Below are positions 25,311 to 36,616 of a stretch of DNA of 56,590 nt, piece by piece (position 1 is the first letter of the stretch; each line of letters starts with the position of its first letter). The stretch comes from Vicugna vicugna (taxonomy: Eukaryota), in NCBI GenBank assembly GCA_013265495.1, contig MU057507.1, positions 26,700 through 83,289 on the forward strand, given 5' to 3'. Under the pieces are notes generated by a model. The model saw only the letters and a program-made list of their open reading frames with translations, made no database searches and was not told the origin of the DNA. A program made the position numbers and the translations under genes.

Positions 25311-25770
25311 TAATGAGGTGACTCTTTTGCTGCATGTATGTTGGTGGGGGCATGACTGTTCTCCAAGGATGAGTCCTGAAGCTCCTGAGAGTTTTTTAAG
25401 GCTGTACTTTAGACAGAAAGGATACTTGGGGCTGGCCATTTTGCTACACCACCTCCCAGGAGAAATGTGTCCCAGCAAGAAAGAAAGGTATTGGCAAGGA
25501 AAAGTTATTTTTCCAGGTTTCTAATGAAGTCAGGGAATTCCCTCTCACCTGGTTACCAATAATAAACATACCCTTTGGTGGGGAGGGGGAGAGTGCAAAA
25601 TAATGGCATCCCAAGGAGCTGTTATTGCTTACTTTTAATAACTCCCCCAGAGCCCATCTCCCAGTGAAGTTCTTTGTAGTTAAAATGCCTCCTTTAACTA
25701 AGTCAGGTGTGACCAATTAAAACCACCAACTCTGCAGTGAATGCTACACTAACTCCTTAATCCCAAGAGT
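25311..25770. promoter_or_regulatory. Candidate intergenic OR enhancer (Lhx2/Ebf composite motifs)
   Basis: TAATGG-CA-TCCCAAGGAG (25601-25618) and TAATAA-CT-CCCCCAGAG (25636-25652) share an 8-nt TAAT-to-EBF offset; also TAATGA 25311 and 25522, TCCCAGGAGA ~25454, TCCCAAGAG ~25761. Confidence 0.5.
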
Positions 25771-26405
25771 CAGTGTGCAAAGGAAGGAAGGAAAATGACA
25801 AAACAAGCAGGCTATTGGCTATAAGAAAGGGAGGCACTTACAAACCTAGCTACAGGGAGTGCATAGGTTGCTTGTAAGTAACTGCACTGTGCATGTATCT
25901 ACACAGCATGTCTTATGTGCATCTTGTATGGAGATATTTAAATGAAAAGATGATTTGTACATATATATTTATGCACATACATATCTGTACACATATATGG
26001 ATAATATGACTGTCTATGTAAATAGCATATTTACACTGGGGGCATTTAGGAGAGGGGTAAAGAGTTCACTACATTCCAGCATCGCTCCTAACAACACCCT
26101 AAGTTCACCCCAGAATCAAATAATGAGTGCCCATGAAGATGGCTTGGAATCATCCAGAAAAAGTTGTATCAGGTTCATTTGGTATGAGAAGAGAGAAAGC
26201 TATCTGAGACAAATTTCAAAGGTTTTGTTATTTCAAGTGATGCTTCTGTTATTTGTGACATGCACTTATAAAGAGTACCTCCTTCCCAGCAGGTCAGTTG
26301 CAAACAGATCAGGTGTTACAATTATCTGCCAACCAAAGTAAGTCATACTAGGTTCTGTCACTGTGGGTATGGGTCTGTGTATCAGCATTTTGTGTCTGTA
26401 GTGTA

Positions 26406-26407
<2 letters not shown>

Positions 26408-26461
<54 letters not shown>
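26408..26461. repeat. (TG)n microsatellite
   Basis: About 26 TG units. Confidence 0.97.
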
Positions 26462-26463
<2 letters not shown>

Positions 26464-27169
26464 TGCTCAAGTTGGGCAGGTGGGAGGAGATGTACTTTTT
26501 TAATTAATTCAATCTGATGAGAACACAAGGTCTCTGTTTGGCATCTTGCCTTGATGATCATTGTTCCTAGTTTCCCTTTCAGGTGTCCTATTTTACCATT
26601 TTTCAATGAAAATGCCATGGGTCAAATTTGGCTCAGTTAAAGATTGCTCAGATTATCTGACCCTGTCAAACTGTTGAACCTAGCAATCCCATTGCCCCAT
26701 CCTGTAGCCTCAGCTGCATCCTCTTGCCAAAGTTGCCACCTGTTCTTTGGCCCATTCTGGCCAGAGCTACTTCCTTGAAACTTACCTAATGACCCTATTT
26801 AGACTAAGTTAAGCATTAGTCCTGGTAAAACTAGGGGCAGAAGTAAGGTGACAAGGTTGATTGCAGGGCTCTACATGGTGTGAACCAGGCTCCCTTGGGG
26901 ACAGTAGGAACCTGGATGCATGAGAGGCTGTCTAAAGTGAGGACTAGTGATTTTGGGTAGGAGGGAGCACACAAGAAGCTTCCAGGATCCTTGATCCAAA
27001 GAGAAAACCAAGTGGAGAAGTGAAATGAGTGCCAAGTGTGGAGGGAGATAAATCATCAGTGAGAGGAAGGAAGAGGAGAGAAGAGTAAAAGCAAAATATG
27101 GAGTGTCCCGGAATATCATTCCAAAGAGAGCTAAGAAGTCCCAATGTTGTCACTAGGAACACACCAGAC

Positions 27170-30100
27170 AGCCATTTACTGAGAGACTACTATATGTCAA
27201 GCACTTGTCAGGCACTGGGTGTATCTCAGTAAATAGGACATAGTCGCATCCTGCATATTTGAGATCAAGAAGCAAGCTCTTTTTCATGTTTCTGTGTGAT
27301 AAGTTCCACAATAGATGTAAGAAAAGGCTTTTTAGAAAAATGGAATTAGGCAAGTGAATAGTGGGGAGGGGAATAAACATTTAAAGGCCACACTTTGGCT
27401 TCAGGATAAAGCCCAAATTCCTTGGCTTAGAATAGAAGGCCCTTCATGAATTGGCTGCAGCTTCTCAGTTCTCAGTTGTCACCGCCATTGCCCACACACT
27501 CTGCATCCAGCCATGTTGGATTACTTGCAGTAGTTTGGACATGTACACTCTCTTTTACTTCAAACCATCACAGAGATGATCACTGTACATAGAATGACTT
27601 CCCCAAGCCCCACCCATGCAATCCTACTTATTTATCTTGATTCAGTTAAAATAACAACTCCACTCGGAAGTCTTCCCTTAACCTGACCCACTCCGCCCTC
27701 AGATTGGTTTGGATGCCTGTATTAGTTTTCTAGGGCTGCCATAACAAAGTACCATAACTTGAGTGTGCTAGACAACAGAAAAATTTTTCTCGAAGTTCTG
27801 GAGGCCAGAAGTCCAATATCATGGCAGCACTGATTCCTTCTGAGGGAAATGAGGAAGAATCTGTTCCATATCTCCCTCCTGGCTTCTGGTGGTTTGCTGG
27901 CAATCTTTGGTGCTCCTTGGCTTATAAACATATCATTCCAATCTCTGCCTTCATCCTCACGTGGTGATCTCCTTGTGTGTGTGTCTTTCTATCTAAATTT
28001 CTGTATTTTATAAGAGTGCCAGCCATATTGAATTAGGGCCCACTTGAATGACCTCACTTTAACTCCATTACCTCTGTAAAGATCCTATGTCCGAATGAGG
28101 TCACATTCTGAGATACTGGACATTAGGACTCCAACATATCTTTCTTTGAGGGACAAAATTTAACCCATAACAATGACTCTCCCTCCCCAGCACTGACATA
28201 TGACCCTCTATTTATCATAGCATTAATCAATCTAATTATAATTTTCTGTTGACTTATCTGTATCTCACCAAACTGTGAGCTCCATGAGGGTACGAACCAT
28301 ACTTTATTCATTTTTTAAAACATTTTTTATTGAGTTATTGCAACCCTAGTACTTGAAACAGAACCAAGCACATGGTAAGTATTCAGTACATATTTGTCAC
28401 AGTAATCACTTGTTACTTCTTTGATCAGAGGACCATACCTTCACATATGCTCTGGACCTTGGAACTCCCAGCCTTTGCAGGGACCATAAAATACTATATC
28501 CCTCTGGTTTCCTGCATCTTAAACTTCTCCCTTTCTAATAAATTCTTCTAGTAGTATTCAAATATTTTCTATTATTTCACATTATAAAAACAAACACCTT
28601 CCTTTAAGTTCCTTATTCAACCTTTCACCAAATCAATTTCCTTTCAGAGCCAGGTTTCTCCAAAAAATTATCTACATGTAGTGTCTGCTTTCCTTCACCT
28701 TTTATTCATTTCTTTATCTCACTCCAGTGTGGTTTCTGCACACATCACTCTACAAAAAGTTCTTTTAGTGAAGTCATCAATGTTCTCCAAGTTATCAGAT
28801 ACAGTGGACTCTTCTCTGTCCTTAGCTTACACCTCCTCTTACCAGCCTTCAGCATAGTTTACCAGGCTTTCCCCCCATAAAACACTCTCTTCTCTCTACT
28901 TGCATGAACATACACACTTAGGTTTTCCTGCTACCCTTCTATCCCCTCCTCATCCTTCTTCTACATGACCTTTAAATGATGGAATTCTCAGGGCTCCTTT
29001 CTGGCATCTCTTCTCTCTCTAAACTGTTTCTCTACATGATTTACCCAATTTCCATGATTTTGAATGCCATCTACATGCTGATGGCATCTAAATTCATATA
29101 TCTAGCCCAGATATCTCTTCTGAGTTCTAGACCAGTATATTTAGCCACCTACTTAACATACACTGCTATATCAGAATACTTTCACACAAGATTGATCTCA
29201 TCATTTCTCTTCTCCCCCAAACCTGGTCCTATTCCAGGGTTCTTTCATCCTAGTGAGTAGCATAAGCATATTTTCAATTCACAAACCAGTAACCTAAAAG
29301 TTATTATTGATGCCTCCCTCTGTAATCTATCACTAAATCCTCTGATTTCTACCTCTGAATATATTGAGTTCAATTCATTTCTCCCCATCTCTGCCACTAC
29401 TCTCTTAGTTCTCACCACCATCATTTCTCAGAAGTAACATTGTAACAGTATCCTAACTGGTTTCTCAATGTCTATTAGCCCTCTAGTCCCGTTAAAAGTA
29501 ATTTTCCACATAGCAGTGAAAGTGATCTTAAAACATAAAAGGGATCATGTCACTCTACTAAAAACCATTCAATGAGTTCCAATCTGACTTACAGAAAAAT
29601 CCAGTGAGTACTTGTATTACATAGTTCCTGCCTACTTTCCTAGGTCCATCTGTTATGCTCTCCCCTTTGATCACTACATTATAACCACACTTGCCTTTTC
29701 TTTGTTCCCAAAACATTCAAAGGTCTTTACTACTGCAGGACCCTGCTGCTATCTAGTATCTCTGTTGAAATCCTCCCCTTCCTTATCAGAGAAGTCTTCT
29801 CTGATATTTCAATCCAATTCAAACTATGTATCCTTATTAAACACCTTCCTAGCAGCCTATGCTTTTCCTTTATAGCATTTATCACGGTATTAAATTATGA
29901 GGGGGCCATCAGTACATAGGAGGTACTTGAAGTCAATGAAATAATAAACTTGTAAGGGAGAAAGACATGTAACTATTCAGCTACCCACTTAGCTAGTAGT
30001 CATTTGCTGTCTCCTATGCCAAGAATAGTTCTAGGCACTGAAAATGCAGTGGTAATCCACCAGATAATGTGATTACTGCTTAAATCTAGGTCCACAATGA

Positions 30101-31030
30101 ATCCCATGGAGATACAGGAGAGTATCACTTTACTCAATGTGTTGGATGAAAGAAAACAGTCAGGTAAGATTTCCTGGTGAGGATGTTGATAAGTCCAAGA
30201 AAATATCATGGGGCATTAACCCGGAGAAAAACAAATATGGGCAGGAATTTTTAGGCAAAGGGAATGAGAAAGGATGCATGAGTGTGATATGGTAAATTGT
30301 GAGATGGAGTCTGGTGGCACATGGGATTGGGAAAGGAAGCAGAAGCAGGGTCATGGAAGACTTTGAATCCCATGCTGAGGAACTTGGGTTTTATCAGATA
30401 TCAAGTGTCTACTGTGTGAAATGTGCTATGCTGGGTACTTGGACGTATAGCTAGAAATGACCTTCTATTTTTGTCTTTGAGGATTTATAATATCACTGGA
30501 AGATAGGTCATATACATATAATGTGAAGATCAGTGCATGCTTACTTGTCAAATGAAGGGGAATAAAGTACTTCCCAGGGGATGAAATGACATAAGCAGGG
30601 CAGCAGGGAGAGTTCCAAGAGAAGGTAGAACTTGAGCTGGGTCTTAAAGGGGAAAAAGGGGTGGATTTAGCTAAGTAAGGGACATTCTGCACATTTGTGC
30701 TTGTTCATATGTTTTACTAAAAGCTTTGTTATGTCTTTACATTATGCTGTTTCATATTAATTATATATTTATTATTAAAATTAAGATAACTAAGAATATT
30801 GGGGTTTTATGTATAGAGATTCTCTTTATAGGAGGTGCTTTCAAGAACTACATAGTCTACAAACAATGTAAAAATAAAAATTCTGAGCAATTTGAACACC
30901 AAGGCCATATTTTTTAGATCAAAAGCTGTGTCTATGTTGTTCACTCTTCTATTCCTATCACCTAGCACAATGCTTGGATAATATTAGGCTCTCAGTAAAT
31001 ATTATTGATTGAATAATTGAATACATGTAT
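27170..31030. mobile_element. Array of L2 fragments in both orientations
   Basis: tgccatctacatgctgatggcatctaaattcatatatctagcccag (L2 RT YADD region ~29065), caggataaagcccaaattcctt, ctcagtaaatattattgattgaataattgaat (3' end). Confidence 0.75.
27718..28172 (-). mobile_element. MaLR solo LTR (MLT1-type) inserted in L2
   Basis: tgtattagttttctagggctgccataacaaagtacc...tcacattctgagatactgg...aacccataaca; near TSD atgcc/atgac. Confidence 0.9.
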
Positions 31031-31577
31031 TGTCTCCATTATCAGAACAGAATTTTTTGCTTTTCTTTCTTGAAATGTAGCTTGAATACACAAGTTGATA
31101 ATGTTAGGTAGCTGGTAGCAGATACAAAAATAAGAAACAAAAACACAAGTGAGGCCATCAAGGCTAACTCAAGTACACAGCAGAAGGAGGATCTGAGAGG
31201 GGAGCATAAAGAGATGAAAACACAGTGGGTAGCTATAAATGCTAGAGAAAATTCAACTTAGAAAAGAGTGCCTTGAGGCAATCTATATGTCTAACAAATT
31301 TCTATAAGTGCTTAATTCATATTTCTCCACAACTAGTCTTCTAATGAGTTTCTGTATATTTTATTAGATTCCACTTTTATCTTTCTTAATCCTAAGCCAA
31401 GTAGAGGTACAGTATTATTATTATCCATTTAACATAGCTTCACAGCCAGAACTCTAGTGTGAGTACTAAGCAGATAAATATGGTCCCTTCATTTAGGGAG
31501 CTGAGCTTCCCTATTCTAATGAGGGTAGCACAGTTATTACTCCTCCCCCAACCCCAGGATCTCCCACTCTGATTTAT

Positions 31578-31580
<3 letters not shown>

Positions 31581-31619
<39 letters not shown>
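31581..31619. repeat. (CA)n microsatellite
   Basis: Directly visible. Confidence 0.97.
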
Positions 31620-31622
<3 letters not shown>

Positions 31623-31992
31623 CGGAAATTGAACACAACTAAAGCACACTTGCTAATCCTTACCTCTAAAATTGAGCTTTTTGAGGGATTATATGCAGCA
31701 ATTATTTATTTTCTATCCCAGAATGGCTACCCTCTTATCAACTAGGAAGTGCTCCTCCCATCTAGATGTATAAATATGCTCAGAAAAACTAAATCATTTC
31801 AAGGAGACCAAGACAAATCTACTAACTCTTCTCCTAAATCAGTTAAGTGGAATAATTTGGGGATTAACCAATATTTCAGGTTATAAAGATCATAATCTAA
31901 TCAGACTGAGAGTTCCCTGAGGATGGGGAGAGTGCCTTGACCTTCAGTCTTCCATCATTTCTGTTGACTGAATGAAGCTTATCATTGTAAGA

Positions 31993-32918
31993 TCAAACCC
32001 TCAGCTTCTTCAAGGCCTCCTTGACATCGTTGTTTCTGAGGCTGTAGATAAGGGGGATACACATGGGGTTGAGAACAGTATAGAGCAAGGAGAAGGTTTT
32101 GTTAAGAACTGGCACCTGGCCAGCAAAAGGCAGAGCATAGACTAGGATCAAGGTCTCGTAAAACAAGTTTACAACCACTAGATGAGAGGAACAAGTGGAG
32201 AATGCCTTCTGCTCATCAGTCATGGAAGATATATGCAAGACTGTGGAAAGAATCTTCCAGTAGGAGACTAGGGTTAGTCCAAAGAGGGACGATGTCACCA
32301 GTGCTGTTAGACTCATACAGACCAGGTTGACTAGCTGGGGATCTGAGCAGGAGAGCTTCCACAGAGGCTTCAAGTTACAGAAGAAATGGTCAATCTTGTT
32401 GCCACTGCAGAAGGTCAAGCTGGATACCATAGCAGCCTGGAATGCAGCTGTCACTATGAAGTCACTAACCCATGAGCCAATTACTAGCCCTACACATATG
32501 GTTCCATTCATTAGGGTTGGACAGAGCAAGGGCCAGCAGATAGCCAGGTATTGGTCATATGACGTCATTGCCAGAAGATAACATTCAGTGCTGCCCAGAG
32601 CCCCAAAGAAATACAGCTGAATAATACAACCTACGATGGAGATCATTCTGTTCTCTCTCAACAAGTCTATAAGCAACCTGAGCATGATATTGGATGCATA
32701 ACAGACCTCCAGGCATGAGAAGTTTGCCAGAAAGAAGTACATTGGTGTCTGGAGCCCCTGTTTAGTGCTCACCAGGACTACACAGAAGAGATCACAGAAA
32801 TGGTGGCTAAGTAGACAATGCCAAACACCAAGAAGAGCAAGAGACCCAATTCCTTGAGGTCTCCAAACCCTGGTATGATAAATTCAGTCACTATTATAGT
32901 GGTATTTCCTGGCCCCAC
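31993..32918 (-). pseudogene. Olfactory receptor pseudogene, class II, family 11-like
   Basis: GTG 32918 (lost ATG) VGPGNTTIIVTEFIIPGFGDLKELGLLLFLVFGIVYLATIS, 1-nt deletion ~32791 (stop at 32778-32780 in the original frame), then LVSTKQGLQTPMYFFLANFS, TSYDQYLAICWPL, HFFCN, KAFSTCSSHL, PMCIPLIYSLRN; reconstructed length 308 aa. Confidence 0.92.
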
Positions 32919-33664
32919 AGAAGTTCCTAGGGATATGTCAGTTCCTCCATACTGTTTTTTCAGACTGCTCTACCATTTAGATTTCCTACATAGTACAATT
33001 CTATCAGTGGTTGGAGTTCTGCACTGATTAGGGCATTTCGTGAGGACTGGCCCTCATTGTAGCTAGTTAATTTTACCTTCAGAAAAACTTTTATGGAAAT
33101 CAGCTGAACCTGTAATCTGGTCAGGGGATGGAATAAGAATGAGAAGACTAAATGGGAGAAGGAATGGTTCAGTGAAAGTCTATCCCCATCCTTAAGGAAA
33201 TGATCCAGAGTACAATTGTATAAGACCTTCATATTCACATTGAACAGAGATATGGAGAGCCCATGCTTGGCATTCTTTATGTCATTTTGGACAGAATAAA
33301 TTTCCAAGGAAAATTCCTACTAAATGTTGACAATTCAAAGAAATGGTGGACCAGATAGAAAATCATATTCATGATCTTTGTCAGAGCATGAAATGGAAGG
33401 TGAAATGCCATGACTGAAGCAGAGAACCATTCCATTGATGTTACTGGGGCATCCATGCTTGTTGGTAGTGACATTTCTGTGATAGCAGAATAGTAATTGC
33501 TGGAGAGAGAGTAGATTTTGGAAAACTAGGTACATTCTATAACAGAATAAGGATTTCTTGTTTTTAAAGCTTGCCCCATAAAAGGCTGGATTTTAGAATT
33601 CTGGGGAGAAAGCCCAGCAGTTGACATCTGAAACTGCTGGTTAGATTCATATGCACATATTTGA

Positions 33665-33699
33665 ACACACAGAGACACACACACACACACACACACACA
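33665..33699. repeat. (CA)n microsatellite
   Basis: Directly visible. Confidence 0.9.
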
Positions 33700-33964
33700 T
33701 CTGGATCTACTCAGTCAGGTATAGATAGTCACATGTGCTATTATCTTTGCCATCACTTTTCAATTTCATTTTCCAAGAATAGTATTATAGAAGTGAAATA
33801 TTTGCTGCATGGAATGTTGCTGTAAATCAGAAATACTGACATTAGGGAGGTAGTGGCCATGGATTAGATCACAAGGTCTGAATAATCAGGCTTTTCATAT
33901 ACATTATGGGCAGTAGAAGAGAAACTAACATGTTCTCTCATTTAATTATTTTATTGCTTTGTTT

Positions 33965-34205
33965 TGTGAGGCAGTGTAGTATAGTGATTAAACACATGAA
34001 CTCCAGTGCCACACTGCCAAGGATCAACTCCCAGCCTCTCCATTTCCTGGCTGTGTGACCCTGGGTAAGTTATTGAGCTTTCTGGGCCTCAGTTTTCTCA
34101 TCTGAATAAATGAAGATAATAGTAGCTTCACACAGTGTTGTTCTGAAGAGTAAGTACACGTAAAGTAATTAAAATAATGCTTGACACATAGCACTAAATA
34201 AACAT
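33965..34205 (+). mobile_element. MIR SINE
   Basis: gaggcagtgtagtatagtgattaa...ctgtgtgaccctgggtaagttattgagctttctgggcctcagttttctcatctg. Confidence 0.88.
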
Positions 34206-34984
34206 TAAAGATTTATATTTACAAAATAATTTTTTATAAAAACTGCCCCACAGAAGCATTAATCAACATTACTAATCACTATACTTAAATAAGATGATGC
34301 TACACAAATGCACAAGAGGAAAATTGTACATCTCTCATTACTTATTAACCATTACCCACCACTACTTAATTTCACCTCTTAATTTAAGTTAAAGGTAATT
34401 TAAGATCACACTAGTGTCTATCTATAGAGTTATAAAAGGATTAGATGAGATCATGAATATAAAGTTCCTACCCCATAGAAAATGCTCAATCATGGCTAAT
34501 AACAGCACTAACAAAAAAATTGCCTAAACTCATCAAACAAGTGAGAGCTGAGATGCAGACACAGTTCTGTGTGACTCCAACACTCATGATCTTTCCACTA
34601 CACAAATGGACTCACTGCCTGCTATTATTTATACATATGTGTTCATCTTTGTCTTATGTGCAAGGAGTTTTTAGAATTCTATCTAAAAGGATTAAAGACA
34701 AATTTATGATCTTATACTTTTAAGCTAGCCTTCTTCCTACATATCTACTTTGTGCCAAGTATCCACCACACATGAGCCATGTGTACCCACACTGTTCTCT
34801 CAGTCCCTTAGGCTCCGGTTCCTGCCCAGCTTCTGATCCTTGGTTCTGCCTCCTCTGAGAAGGAACTTGAAATTTTTGTTAGGTACTCTCAGCCCAGATT
34901 CCTGACTCCTCCTCAGGAGCTATGGCTCAGAGTTATTCTCCTTGGTTTCCCCAATATTGAGACCAACCTTAGCCATTTCTTTTA

Positions 34985-35370
34985 AAAATGAATCCCTATC
35001 CCAACTCTGTCACTATCTTTCTTTCTTGATTTATTTTTATTTATAGCACCTATCATCTCTAACATATAATGTGTTTTACTTAATTCCTTTCTAATAGTCT
35101 GTCTCCTTTATTATAGTTTTCACAAGAGCATAGATTTCCTTTCTCTTATTCACTATTCAAACTCCAGCACCTAGAACACTGCCTGATGCAGAGTAGACAC
35201 AATAAATACTTGCTGAATGAATGTGTGAGGCAGTATGCTAGAGTGAATATTTTTGCCTTTGGAGCCAAACAGAGCCATGTTCAGATCTTAGTTCTGCCAC
35301 TTACCAGTATGTCACCTTGGGCCATTCACTTGAACTCTATGTGCTTTCCTTTCCTCACCGTTAAATAAAA
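34985..35370 (+). mobile_element. L2 3' end followed by MIR
   Basis: ccagcacctagaacactgcctg...caataaatacttgctgaatgaatg; gaggcagtatgc...ttggagccaaacag. Confidence 0.8.
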
Positions 35371-35379
35371 ATTTAACAG

Positions 35380-35990
35380 AGCCTATTGGACTCCAAATAT
35401 CCATTCTCTCCTTCCTCTAGAGCACGGGTTGGCAAACTTTTTTCTTAAAGGCCAGAGTTTTTAGGCTTTGCAGAACATCCAGGCTTTGTTACAGCTACTG
35501 AGCAATGCCATTGTAGCAAGAAAGCAGCATAGATAATGTACAAATAAATGGGAGTAACTGTATTCCAATAAAACTTAATTTATCAAAAAAAACTTTAAAC
35601 CTCAAGCTGTAGTTTGCTGCCTAGCTAAAATCCACATTTCCTTTGCAACCGGGTCAGGTCAACTGAGTGTGAATGGAATGATGTGTATAATTTTAGACTG
35701 TGTCCCTAAAAGGAAAGTACATGTCCTTACCTTCCCCTTTTCACCATTCTCAATGGCTGAAATACAGACCCGAGAGCAAAATCAGCAGCTGCCACCTAGG
35801 ACTATGAGATAGAATCTGGGTATTGAAAATAACACAGCAACAGCACAGAAGCAGCCTGGATCCTCAATGTGGTATGCCAAAGTAAACTTAAACTGCCTGC
35901 TTGGCTTTCTTGTGGAGGTAAACACATTTCTATTTTGTCTAAGGCCCTGAAGGTTTTAGTCTTTTGATTATAACTATCTCCTGGGTTTTT
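35380..35990. mobile_element. Old ERVL/MaLR-type LTR interrupted by a MER58-like MITE
   Basis: ccaaatatccattctctccttcc...cacatttcctttgcaacc...aatggctgaaatacagac...gaagcagcctggatcctcaatg; subfamily uncertain. Confidence 0.5.
35423..35624 (+). mobile_element. MER58-like hAT-Charlie MITE
   Basis: cacgggttggcaaactttttt...tgtattccaataaaacttaattta...gctgtagtttgctg. Confidence 0.8.
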
Positions 35991-36390
35991 GTGATTAGTC
36001 AAGACAATCCATAGACAACACTTAGCACAGTGGCTGGCAAAAAAAATAAATGGTGACTCATGATTTCTGACATTAGTGAGTTCATTCCTCATCTCCATTC
36101 TTCCCCTTCTCTGTCATCTTTAAGTATTTTATCCTAATCTAATTTTGGTTCCCTCAAGACCCAATGTTTTGTCAGTCCCAACTACTTTTGCTATGGATTC
36201 AACAATTCCCTGTTCCCATGGGCACAGAACTTCCTCACTCATGCAGGAAGGAAATTAAAGCACAAGCAATCAGATTTTGCTGTTTTCCTGGATAAAGCAC
36301 AAATAACACATATGACTTATTTGGGCTTTGTTCATATTCTTAATAAACTAGATAATCAATCTTCAAGCTGGGGTATGCAGAGCCCAAGAT

Positions 36391-36616
36391 CGATGGTGCT
36401 CAAGTGTGGGAGATTTGCACACACTCCTTCCCCCAGACATTTGGCAATATCTGCAGATGTTTTTGGTTGTCATAACTGGAGAGGTGGGCTACTACTGGCA
36501 TGTAGTGGATAGAGGCCAGGGATGCTCCTAATCACCCTATAATGCACAGGACTGTCCCCTACAACGAAGAATTATCTGACCCCAAATGTTACTGGTACTG
36601 TTGTTGAGGAACCCTG
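36391..36616 (+). mobile_element. MER20-like hAT-Charlie MITE
   Basis: gacatttggcaatatctgcagatgtttttggttgtcataactgg...gaggccagggatgct...gttgaggaaccctg; near 8-bp TSD cccaagat/ccctaaat. Confidence 0.88.

Noticed and set aside
31993..32772. 259-aa ORF as an intact OR gene
   Set aside because: It starts at an internal GTG after TM1; TM1 is frameshifted upstream and key motifs are mutated.
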